The notes: generated by a model from the letters alone, not told the origin. Numbered from the stretch's first letter, positions 20,042-29,492 are shown. The stretch is 64,000 nt of DNA from Entomortierella parvispora E1425 (GCA_020891255.1 BQFW01000013.1:2294001-2358000), one strand, 5' to 3'. Numbers and translations are program-made.

Positions 20042-23000
20042 TCCATAAAATTCACGGTTCATTTTTGTTGAATGGATTTTTATGGACGGCCTATGAGGGC
20101 GTGTGTAACATAGTCAGGGCCATTGCCAATGGACCGTCAAAACCAATGAAATTTTGTTTTCGCCCCTTTTTATCCATTATGAGATGATGAGCCACAGTCC
20201 CCCCTGACGGTCTGGCATCGTCTTTGATCAACGACTGCCTGTCGAATCTCCGTACGTACTTCTCTCCTCCCTCCCTCCCTCCCCTCCCCTCTCCCTCCTC
20301 CCTCTCCTCCCTCTCTTCCCTTTCCTCTCACTCACTGTTTCTCTGTCGTATTTTTCATGTCTGCGTGTGTGAGAGCGTGTGTGCGCACGCGCATGTGTAT
20401 TTTATTAAAAAAAAAAAAAAAAGGAAAAAAAAAAAACTATGGTTGCTCTTTTGCTTTCACCTTTCCTTTTCCTTGCTCTTTTTCTTCTGAGCTTCCAAAC
20501 CTCTTGGAAACCTTTTTGGGCAAAAGCTTGTAGTATGCTGCAATTGAGCAAGAGTTGCAATCTTCCTTCAGCATGTCCTGAAAGTCTTGAAGAGCTTGTG
20601 CAATCATAGCCATGTCAATTGGTGTGTTATCCGGGATGTAGCGCAAGACCGATTGAACAATCGTCTTCTTGAATAAGTAGAGACCTGCAAACCCGTTTTT
20701 CCCATCAGGGTTAGCCGAATTCTTTTCACTGCGCCATAGATTTGAATACCATGAATCCATCGTCACGACTGAGGGGCTACCATTGACACCATAGAACCAC
20801 TCTTGCCAAACCCCCTCTAGCGTGTTTGGCCGAGGGACCAACGTGCACAAAGGCATGTGCCTGGGCATAGGAGGGTCAACCTCGCCTCTCTCTCTTCTGT
20901 AGTGCGCAATTACTACAGCCACAGCTTGGATTTTATCTTGAGTTTTGACAGAATGGCCGCTGTCATCATGACAACGTGGATGGATAATGGAAGGAGGAGG
21001 AGCGACTAAGCTCGATTCTTCTACCCTCGATAATTGCAGGCTGAGAATCGGGGCACCTGGGGCTTCCTGCTCTTTTGACAGCAGACCCAAACGAGGTAGA
21101 ACGGACCCTTCAGTGATACTCAAGCCTCCTTGTTCTTGTTCTTGGGTTATAGAGGTCATCCGACCAGCAGCATCTGACAGAGAGGCCGCTAATGACTTCA
21201 CTAGGGCATCAATCTTGTCATTCACCTTGCCCATACCTTGAACGACACCCTCAAGGACATACTGATTACGCTGCTCTGCATGCAAGGCTCGGCGGTCCTG
21301 GTAGACTTGGAGCCTCTCAATGTTATCCGAGATCTTGGAGATCGCAGTGCTCATTGTTTGTTGTCGGGAAGTTTGCTGTGATATGAGGGCATTGGCGGCC
21401 TCCAGTTGCCGCTGAATAACAGGTGCCACGGACGTTAGGTTGCTAGGGCGAAGGGAAGTGTGGGCTAACGTTTCTGCCATCAACTTCTTAAAGGCCAAAA
21501 ATTCCGGAGACCTGAATACTTCACGCTTGAAAATAGGGTGCCGGGAAGATTTGTTCTCGGCCAATAAAAAGACGGCGGCGTCCTGCAGAATGACTTTCCG
21601 CAAGTGGGCAAGCAGACAAAGATGCCGTCGACGCGAGATTGCCTCATCAGAGAGAACTTTCCGTGCAGCCCTTTTCTTGATTTTTTTGATCTTAATATTT
21701 TCCTCTTGACGTCCGTAGAATATGCTCCGATCCAGCATGATGTTGTCGATGGTCTGGATCCAGAAAGGGTCGTAGTGCTTTTTGTCCTCAGGATTTGAGC
21801 ATGCACGTTCAATGAATGGGAAGACCATGCGCTGTAGCTCGAGGTCTGGAATGACATTACGCTCCAGCCAAAAGTTTTCCGTACGGCCATTCTCAAATCC
21901 GGCCATTTGCAACGCCACAGATGCATCGACGCCGTCGAGGTAATGGGTGATGAGTCGGTTTGTCCCCCAGCCGCCGTGTTTCGATATATCTTCGTGCGTG
22001 GCTCCAGTCAGCCGCGCCAAAAAAGCACCCAGTCGTCTACTGAGATGGGTTGCTTTGCCTTTGACACCAATGTTGAGATAATCCTGGACCTCGCGTGTCT
22101 GCTTGTACTGTGTGGCATATCGTATCTCTGATGTTCGTGTGGTGGACTTTGACAACAAGTGATAGTTGACCCAGTCGTGATCTTCTACTCTAGGCGGAGG
22201 GGCAGCCGATGAGGAAGTAGGCTAGATAATTCAGATTAGAAAGGGGTAGAGCCTCACCCAGCTCATAAAATGTACGTCATAATCAAAAAGTTCAAACTTA
22301 CCAACCAGTACTCAAGCAGATAAAAGGCTAGAGCACCGACAGGACACGCTTCCACGTCTGGGTTTCGTACCACGACATTATATCGGATCTTGCCATTATT
22401 GTTCATTTTTCCTTGTCTTGTCATCAAAACCACACCAAGGACGAATTTTCTCTCCTGCTCCCGATCTTTCCGCACTGGACGTGCAACATTCTGGCCAAAG
22501 AGGTCGATCAATCTCATCCTGCGTGTGGTTTCACTGCGGCACATCATAAAAAATCGAAGGGCGGCGTCAGCTCGATGGCGAAGACCAGTTATCACTCGTG
22601 TCCATTTGCTCTGTTCGCCCTGTATATTATGGTGCCAAAAGTGCACCATTACCATCTTGACATTCTCCAAAGGGTCCTCCTCGACAAAGTTTGCTGAGCC
22701 TTGATCGGTATCTGTCGCTCTCTTCGTGACCGCCACTCTTCTTTCGTAACTCGTAATCAGGTCCCTCAGGTAATCCATCGGCTTTCTCTCGAGACACCTG
22801 AACATGACTTTGTTGTCTGGGTCCACACGTTGCTGACGGTAGAGTTCTCCGATGGCGGATGCGTGTAATTTTACCGTTGAGAGAGACGGTGCATTGGCCG
22901 GTAATCCCCTGTCGGAATGACATACATTCTCACCGAGGTCGTCATTGACACTATCGCTGTCACTATCGTTGTCATCATCAGTGTCGTCGCTATCATGACC

Positions 23001-24186
23001 ATCGCTGTCACTGTCACTGTTGTCGTCGCCTCTTTCTCTCTCGTCTTCAATTGCTTTTTCTTTTCCCGCGCATTCCAGTAGGTAAAATGATGATACCTGT
23101 TAACATGGAAGTTGACATAGAGGTCATTCTGATGAGAATACGTAGACAATGGAGATACAAAATGTGATTATCGGTTCTTACCCTTGCTTGGGTCCTCTTT
23201 CGATGCAGTTAAACAAGTCCAGTAACGCAAGACTTTCTCTTCGATGACGTTGGCGTCTGAGTATCCAGCTTCCGTGCACCATTTCTAGTCATTAATGAGT
23301 TTATGGGTGTTTGTAGTAGACGAATTAGAAAAAAAAAAAAAAAAAAAAAGGATAAAGGGCACTGTCAGCCATGATCAGCCACGATCGTACACTTGGCCCA
23401 ACTTACAGAGAATACGGCTTGATATCGGTCATAGAGTGCACGCGTCGACGTCTTGATACTTTCCCTTCGCTGTTCGCGGACAAGTTGCATACAGGCCAAC
23501 TCCTTTTGTCTCAAGTCAAGCTCATGAGCTTGACGCGCCTTCTGTCCGCATGGAACTGCGCGACAATAGAAGTACTAGACGAGATTCCTTGCGTGTTGTC
23601 GTGTTGTCGTGACGCCGCGAGCTCGGACGCGTCGAGTGAATCCTGCAGGTACAACGAAGCCCAGAGAGATGGAGCATGAGTATATAGGCAAACAGAATGG
23701 CATAGAGGCACACAGATGGCACTGTTCATTCCGCAGCATGCGTAGAGCTGACGTAGTCGAGTCGAGCATTACATTAGATTCACGTTGAGATGAATCGACT
23801 TGCTGGGAGCATGGTTGCTGGCCAGTTGTCGGAGGCTCTCGTTTCTGTCGTTTTCGCGTCCGCTGTTGTTGCTGTTGTTGCTGCTTGGGTTCCTGGGGCG
23901 GTTCCTGGTCCTGTTGAGACAATTGATGCTTGGGCATTTGGAGAAGGTGCGCCAATGAAAGAATGTAAAAGAATGATGTAGCAAATGTGCCGCATGCATG
24001 AACGGGCCCAGGCGCCTGACAACCCCCCTTTATTCCCGTGGACAAAAAGAAAATATCTGTTTTTTGGCCCTTGTTCAATTTCATGGGCTGGTTCATCGGG
24101 CCAATAATGGACTGCAGGCGCGACGACGATTGGCCGACTTGGTCACGTGACTTTATGGACCGTCAATGTCCAGGAAGCGTCTCATT
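20038..24186 (-). mobile_element. Fungal Crypton, monomer 2
   Basis: 4145-bp unit ending at CATT 24183-24186, after which the hAT sequence resumes. Confidence 0.88.
20437..23937 (-). CDS. Crypton tyrosine recombinase (Ndc10-like) with C-terminal GCR1_C-like domain; spliced, 5' exons only partly resolved
   Basis: F..|KWC...Y.D, RHRADAALRFFMMCRSET (R), RQGKMN (K), CPVGALAFYL, HLSRR (HxxR), HGGW, THYL (Y); C-terminal TLEGVWQEWFYG..SPSV...Y...WR. Introns such as TTG|GTAAGT...CTAG|CCT keep the frame. Confidence 0.82.
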
Positions 24187-24625
24187 GCAAATCGATCTGG
24201 TTCTGACTCCGGCTTTTATGAAGTTCAGGGTGCCGCGACCCTGGTCCTCGCACAGCTGCCCTGCAAGATGTATGGCATTTATGTTAAATATAAGGCTTCT
24301 GCGGTAGCGTATGCCGATCAACCTCAAGCCTTCTGGACGGAGCGTCAGTACAACCCAAGCTTCAGCGAACTGGCGGCTATAGGACCGTCCTACTTAGGCA
24401 TTCAGGCAACCTCACTGCATCGGAGCGAGCCTTCAGTCAAGCATTATTCTTCCCCCTCCAAGGGACTCTATCTGTGTGTATCTTTCTTTATTGATCTCAC
24501 GTGACTCCAAAGAAAAAATTGCTCTGCAATAAAGGGATCTCTCGATGCATCTCTCAGATCTCCATCTTTCTTTTTCACGCGGCCGGACATTAATCATCCC
24601 CCGAAACTCGACTGATCCTGATCTA

Positions 24626-25534
24626 ATGTCCGATGCCACCACCCAATCTTCCCCCGACATTGCCACCTTGGCAGCTGCGGTCCTATCTCTTACCCAGAAA
24701 CTATCTGACCAAGATCGACTCCTCAAGGAGCTACAGGACCAAGCCACTGAGAGCGACATTCGTCCTGGACAAGTGGTCTACAAGAGTGACCGAGCAACCA
24801 CTCTCTTACAATACCCGGAACTTCAGAATCAGTACCCAGCAATCACACAAAAACACTTCTTCAACACTGTCCTCCCTGCAGGACATAACCTCTTTGACTG
24901 GAACGACTATCACTACACCGATGGTATGGTCTACAAAGCACCACCAGTCTTGGAACATCAGGGCGTCACCCTCCCAGAGTTGGCTCGCAAACATGAGCAG
25001 GACCTGGCCAAGATTCAGGGACACATGGCCAACTCCACGAGATTGTTCGACACACTCGTCGACGAAATTCTCACATATGAAATGGACGCAGACGAGCTCG
25101 CCAAGCACGTCATTTCATTTGTCAACACTGCCCGCATCTTGGTATCTAACGACGCCTCCAAGATCAGCCTCATGCGGAAGGACATCTATCTCCGCCATCT
25201 GGAACTCCCAACTTCAGAGCCCCAGGAGAATGCTATCCTCACTCTGGAAGACCTCGCCAAACGTAGAACGACTGTGGACCTCGTCAGCAAGACTTACACC
25301 AAGCCAAGCGTCAAGGAAAGCAAGAGACCCTTGCATAAGAAACCCGGGTTCAAGAAGAAGCAACCCGAGGACTCAGACAAGAAATCTACCCACGAGAAGT
25401 CAAAGGAGTCAACAAATAGCCGTGACGGTGGCGGCAGGAACAACCGCCCTTACAAGGCCAGAAAGTCGAGCAACTACGACGACAACAAGTCTGCAGGAGA
25501 CAAGGGAAACGGATCAGAGAAGGAGCGCCAGTAG
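24626..25534 (+). CDS. gag: DIRS Gag-like protein
   Basis: First ORF after the left ITR, with an N-terminal coiled coil, YKAPP..L...HEQDLAKIQ..MAN.TR..D, and a basic Lys/Asn/Ser-rich tail; similar to the other two gags here. Confidence 0.85.
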   Translation: MSDATTQSSPDIATLAAAVLSLTQKLSDQDRLLKELQDQATESDIRPGQVVYKSDRATTLLQYPELQNQYPAITQKHFFNTVLPAGHNLFDWNDYHYTDGMVYKAPPVLEHQGVTLPELARKHEQDLAKIQGHMANSTRLFDTLVDEILTYEMDADELAKHVISFVNTARILVSNDASKISLMRKDIYLRHLELPTSEPQENAILTLEDLAKRRTTVDLVSKTYTKPSVKESKRPLHKKPGFKKKQPEDSDKKSTHEKSKESTNSRDGGGRNNRPYKARKSSNYDDNKSAGDKGNGSEKERQ

Positions 25535-28442
25535 GAGCACGCCTTCTCCAATTCAAACGGGAATGGGAGGAGATGACAGATTCAACTTGGGTCAACAACA
25601 TTGTCAGCAAGGGGTACTCGATCGTCTTCAGCAAACCACCGCCAATGCGCCTCCCACCAATCCACGATCCCTACACCACACCAGCGGAGAAGGAGGAAAT
25701 AAACAAAGAGATCGTTTCTTTATTACAAAAAAGGGCCATAGAAGAATGCTCAGGCTGGGGATATTACAGCCGTCTATTCACAATACCCAAGAAGACAGGG
25801 GGCCTCCGCCCTGTCCTCAACCTTCGACCTCTCAACCAACACCTGAAGGCCCCACATTTCAAGATGGAGACGCTCACTCACATCTGCCAAATGTTGCGGC
25901 CGAAGGATTGGTTGACATCAATCGACTTAAGCGACGCCTTCCTCCACGTCGCCGTACAGCCGAAAAGTCGACGCTACCTACGCTTCCGATGGCACGGGAA
26001 GACATATCAGTTCAGGACCCTTCCATTCGGTCTCTCACTGTCCCCTTACGTCTTCACCAAGATCATACGACCCATCCTGCAGTGGGCACGCAAACAGGGG
26101 ATCCGCATTTCAGCATATTTAGACGACATATTAGTTGCCGCAACCAGCAGAGAAGAGTCAGAAAGACACACTCTCATGGTACGTCAGAAGCTGGAACGAC
26201 TGGGATTCCTCATTCAGAACGAGAAATCAATGCTTACGCCTTTGCAACAGATCAATCACCTGGGATTTCACATAGACACCGTCCAAATGTCACTGTCAGT
26301 CCCGGGGAACAAGATCCGAGACCTGAGGAGAGAAGCCAACAAGATGCTGCAGGCAGCAGCAGTCCCGCTGAAGAGATTGGCGTCCTTCATAGGGAGAGCG
26401 ATGTCCATGACAGTGGCCATCTTTCCAGCACGACTAAAGACGCGCCGACTCATCCAAGCTCAGAACTCAGCATTAGCAAGGAACTGCCCATGGACGGAGT
26501 CTGTCACACTGGACCACCAATCGAAAGAGGATCTTCAATGGTGGTGCAAAAACCTGTCGACATGGAATGGTCAGGGATTCCTCCCCCAGAGGTCAGAGAT
26601 CGATGTATTCACGGATGCATCTCAGGACGCATGGGGGATAGTCTACGAGGACGAGGAGATCTCGAAGACATGGACACAGGAGGAGCAACCGTATCACATC
26701 AATTACAAGGAATTGAAGGTGATATGGCATCTGATACACCTGCCGGACATGCGAGGCAGGACAATCCAGGTAATCTGCGACAATACGACGGCAATTGCGC
26801 AGATAAACAAGTTTGGAGGGACCAAATCAAAGCGATTGCTGGACCTAGCAACACAAATTTGGGACTATTGCATCAAGACGGGAACCCGACTCATGACAAC
26901 GTACGTACCGTCTCAGTTCAATCCAGCCGACTCACCATCGAGACGCATGACAGCACAGTTGGAGTGGTCGATCAACAACTCGTTCTATCGACAGCTAGAC
27001 TCGACCTGGGGACATCACTCAGTCGATCTATTCGCCACGGCAAAGAACGCGAAGACTCAACGCTACGTCTCCTGGATGCACGAGGAGACAGCGTGGAGAC
27101 AGGATGCGTTCAGCTTCAGTTGGAAGGACCTGGGCCGAGTCTACATCTGCCCACCGTGGTCACTCCTCAACCGAGTCCTGGAGAAGATCAGAACGGACAA
27201 GGTGCAGGCGACAGTGATCACACCACAGTGGCCTGCTATGATTTGGTACCCTACAATCCAGGCCATGTCAACACACAGCCCAATCCCAGTACCGAGGACA
27301 ATGGTACAACCCGCACCAGGAAACAGCCCACAGCCACTGGAGCGGAACCCCATGTGGCAGTTAACAGCGTGGAGCGTCGACGGCAGCAAGCTGTGACCAC
27401 AGGGGCCGACGCAGGAGTCATTCGCCGATTGTTTGACTCCAAATCCGCTCAGGAAAGGAACAAGAGCACATCGAGTCAACGAACATTCACGCAATGGATG
27501 CAGGAGAGAGGTCGACCACTAGAGGATACCTCACCTACGGACTTGATGAACTTCCTGAACTATGGAGTGGAGATTAGGGCTTGGAAGCCGCAAACGGCCC
27601 GAGCCTACTTGTCATCAGTACTCAAACTCTTCCCGAGGGACCGTCAGGAAGAGTGGCGAGCGGATGAAAATCTGTCAGATTTTCTAAAGGTCATTGGTGC
27701 ACACACACTCAAGCGGCTACGTCACGACGACGCGGATACGACACCTATCTTCATCGAGATCCTCAAGAAGGGTGAGAACAAGGGCCTAAACATTAGGCAC
27801 TTGACATCGAAGACATGCTTCTTGCTGGGACTGGTAGGACTCCTTCGACCGGACGACTTGGCTTGTATAGACACAAAGCAGTGCCGAATTCGAGATGGAG
27901 TGCTGGAATTGACCATCGTCTCTCCCAAGGAACGTCGAGATGGACAACGCATTATCAAGACCGTCTTGATACATCCGCACACAGATCCAATCTTTTGCCC
28001 GGTAGAAGTGTATCAGGAGTACCGTAGGCGTACTGAGAAACACGACGAACATGCAAGGCAGCAACACCCCAAGCTGGACAAGGAGTTGTTGGAGGTTGAA
28101 ATAATACCCCTAATCAGGGAGATCAGTTATGGCAAATCGCCTCTGGGAGCAGAGAGAATCTCCAAGTACCTTGCCGTCCTCCTGGATCTGATGCCCAGAG
28201 AGAAGGGGCAACCCCGCCCAAAGGTCAGGGCGCTGGGAGCTACGAACGCCCTCAAGAAAGGGGTTCCGTTGGAGGAAGTGACCGTTCAAGGGAACTGGTC
28301 ATCGCCTACCATGGTGGAGAACTACTATCGAATTTCAAGGACCCTCGTTAGCAACTTCACCAACACTCTTCTTCCCCGGCATCTGGATTCACAGATAGAG
28401 TCCCTTGGAGGGGGAAGAATAATGTCTAGCGTTGCCGAATGA
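24633..28442 (+). CDS. Long overprinted ORF (1269 aa) whose last ~340 aa are the DIRS tyrosine recombinase
   Basis: Stop-free from the AUG 7 nt after the gag AUG. The recombinase part (about 27395 onward) has LLRPDD (R), SPKE (K), CPV, PKVR, GNWS (W) and ENYY (Y). Confidence 0.85.
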   Translation: MPPPNLPPTLPPWQLRSYLLPRNYLTKIDSSRSYRTKPLRATFVLDKWSTRVTEQPLSYNTRNFRISTQQSHKNTSSTLSSLQDITSLTGTTITTPMVWSTKHHQSWNIRASPSQSWLANMSRTWPRFRDTWPTPRDCSTHSSTKFSHMKWTQTSSPSTSFHLSTLPASWYLTTPPRSASCGRTSISAIWNSQLQSPRRMLSSLWKTSPNVERLWTSSARLTPSQASRKARDPCIRNPGSRRSNPRTQTRNLPTRSQRSQQIAVTVAAGTTALTRPESRATTTTTSLQETRETDQRRSASRSTPSPIQTGMGGDDRFNLGQQHCQQGVLDRLQQTTANAPPTNPRSLHHTSGEGGNKQRDRFFITKKGHRRMLRLGILQPSIHNTQEDRGPPPCPQPSTSQPTPEGPTFQDGDAHSHLPNVAAEGLVDINRLKRRLPPRRRTAEKSTLPTLPMAREDISVQDPSIRSLTVPLRLHQDHTTHPAVGTQTGDPHFSIFRRHISCRNQQRRVRKTHSHGTSEAGTTGIPHSEREINAYAFATDQSPGISHRHRPNVTVSPGEQDPRPEERSQQDAAGSSSPAEEIGVLHRESDVHDSGHLSSTTKDAPTHPSSELSISKELPMDGVCHTGPPIERGSSMVVQKPVDMEWSGIPPPEVRDRCIHGCISGRMGDSLRGRGDLEDMDTGGATVSHQLQGIEGDMASDTPAGHARQDNPGNLRQYDGNCADKQVWRDQIKAIAGPSNTNLGLLHQDGNPTHDNVRTVSVQSSRLTIETHDSTVGVVDQQLVLSTARLDLGTSLSRSIRHGKEREDSTLRLLDARGDSVETGCVQLQLEGPGPSLHLPTVVTPQPSPGEDQNGQGAGDSDHTTVACYDLVPYNPGHVNTQPNPSTEDNGTTRTRKQPTATGAEPHVAVNSVERRRQQAVTTGADAGVIRRLFDSKSAQERNKSTSSQRTFTQWMQERGRPLEDTSPTDLMNFLNYGVEIRAWKPQTARAYLSSVLKLFPRDRQEEWRADENLSDFLKVIGAHTLKRLRHDDADTTPIFIEILKKGENKGLNIRHLTSKTCFLLGLVGLLRPDDLACIDTKQCRIRDGVLELTIVSPKERRDGQRIIKTVLIHPHTDPIFCPVEVYQEYRRRTEKHDEHARQQHPKLDKELLEVEIIPLIREISYGKSPLGAERISKYLAVLLDLMPREKGQPRPKVRALGATNALKKGVPLEEVTVQGNWSSPTMVENYYRISRTLVSNFTNTLLPRHLDSQIESLGGGRIMSSVAE
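25504..25548 (+). other. Candidate -1 ribosomal frameshift signal (G GGA AAC + 6-nt spacer + 7-bp stem)
   Basis: The heptamer 25504-25510 is in gag frame. GAGAAGG 25517-25523 pairs with CCTTCTC 25542-25548, the gag UAG lies in the loop, and the -1 frame is open into pol. Confidence 0.62.
25504..27396 (+). CDS. pol: DIRS Pol: reverse transcriptase, RNase H, DAM-like methyltransferase (no own AUG; -1 frame relative to gag)
   Basis: PVGARL..F...W, LRPVLNLR, IDLSDAF, LPFGL, AYLDD, FTDAS, HINYKEL, CDNTT, DLFAT, CPPW. Confidence 0.93.
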   Translation, partial: GKRIREGAPVGARLLQFKREWEEMTDSTWVNNIVSKGYSIVFSKPPPMRLPPIHDPYTTPAEKEEINKEIVSLLQKRAIEECSGWGYYSRLFTIPKKTGGLRPVLNLRPLNQHLKAPHFKMETLTHICQMLRPKDWLTSIDLSDAFLHVAVQPKSRRYLRFRWHGKTYQFRTLPFGLSLSPYVFTKIIRPILQWARKQGIRISAYLDDILVAATSREESERHTLMVRQKLERLGFLIQNEKSMLTPLQQINHLGFHIDTVQMSLSVPGNKIRDLRREANKMLQAAAVPLKRLASFIGRAMSMTVAIFPARLKTRRLIQAQNSALARNCPWTESVTLDHQSKEDLQWWCKNLSTWNGQGFLPQRSEIDVFTDASQDAWGIVYEDEEISKTWTQEEQPYHINYKELKVIWHLIHLPDMRGRTIQVICDNTTAIAQINKFGGTKSKRLLDLATQIWDYCIKTGTRLMTTYVPSQFNPADSPSRRMTAQLEWSINNSFYRQLDSTWGHHSVDLFATAKNAKTQRYVSWMHEETAWRQDAFSFSWKDLGRVYICPPWSLLNRVLEKIRTDKVQATVITPQWPAMIWYPTIQAMSTHSPIPVPRTMVQPAPGNSPQPLERNPMWQLTAWSVDGSKL

Positions 28443-29387
28443 AATGAAGGCTAAAGCAACATTTATTCGACACCGACAAGGGACTCTAGATGTCCCACCC
28501 GGCCCGCCCTAGGCATATCTTTGCGAGTAGATGGAGATCTGAGAGATGCATCGAGAGATCCCTTTATTGCAGAGCAATTTTTTCTTTGGAGTCACGTGAG
28601 ATCAATAAAGAAAGATACACACAGATAGAGTCCCTTGTCGGTGTCGAATAAATGTTGCTTTAGCCTTCATTTCATTCGGCAACGCTAGACAGGATTGATC
28701 CCCGACAAAAAAAGAGCATCCACTTAAGACAATAATTTCAACTCTATAATTTGTGCTCAGAGCTTTGCCCTTGTTATTCCAGAGATTGCAAAGATACGAA
28801 GGAAAGAAGAACTTGCAAGACTGGAGAGGGCACGCAGAGTACCTGTAGTTTGAAATGAACATACGATAATAAATATCTTCATTTGTTCCCTTTTTTTTTT
28901 TTTTTTTTTGAGGAGTGAGAGGCTGGGACCGAAGGGAAGTGACATCGTTGTTTTTGTTACCAACGATAGGAAGGAGCAAGGAGAGTACGACAGAGATGAA
29001 AACAAGGACCATGACAATGAAAAAAAGAACGCGCCACGGCAGGAAAAACAGCACGCTCGGCAGGAACGGAGAACATGCCACGGCGGGAAGGAGAACACGC
29101 CTGCTGGGCGGGAAAGAGAGCTCGCCTGGGCGGGCGTCACCAAATTCACGCCGCAGTGTGACACGGAAGTCGCCGCGGCGTGTGGCTTAGAACACGCCAC
29201 GCTCAGCGTGTTCCCAAACTTTCGGGTGAGTTCGCACAGTGTGAATTGAGCCTGGACACGGCTAAAATTTGGACTCGCAGTCTCTATGACAGCAAGAACC
29301 GCATTTTGGGGATTCGAACTACGTACATGTACTGCACATACCGACAAGGGAGTTGGAAAAAATTACAGCAAGTCTCAACTCTTATGT

Positions 29388-29492
29388 TTTGCCACCAACC
29401 TTTGCGCCTTGCCACCAACTCTTTCGCCTTGCTCGTGCTTTGCCACCAACTCTCATGCCTTGCCACCAACCTCTCGCGCCTTGCCACCAACC
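29388..29492 (+). repeat. Cluster of five TTGCCACCAAC motifs
   Basis: Five copies about 20-30 bp apart; similar clusters at 36474-36524 and 54583-54631. Confidence 0.75.

Larger units (their letters stand above)
24442..28691 (+). mobile_element. Full-length, apparently intact DIRS retrotransposon (family 1)
   Basis: Left ITR 24442-24567, right ITR 28529-28636, right extension 28637-28691, and ICR 28391-28488 complementary to both tips. CA is shared by both junctions and the circle junction. Confidence 0.95.
15786..28853 (+). mobile_element. hAT transposase C-terminal remnant split into three pieces (15786-15893, 24187-24443, 28692-28853) by later insertions
   Basis: Removing the insertions yields PQAFWTERQ..PSFSELAAIGPSYLGIQATS(fs)ASERAFSQA|GLIPDK.RAS.., the hAT dimerisation motif FW..LA..YLxIxATSxxSERxFSxAG...R. 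Confidence 0.78.

Noticed and set aside
15890-24186. Crypton dimer as a pure assembly artefact
   Set aside because: Not favoured, because the repeat unit coincides exactly with the element ends and the CATT core. It cannot be excluded without reads.
16290-28442. Prophage integrase or bacterial contamination
   Set aside because: The recombinases are in a spliced Crypton gene or in DIRS elements with RT and ITR/ICR ends, and the flanking genes have spliceosomal introns.
29388-29492. Rpn4/PACE elements (GGTGGCAAA)
   Set aside because: They lie downstream of genes with no proteasome gene nearby, and most copies read GGTGGCAAG.
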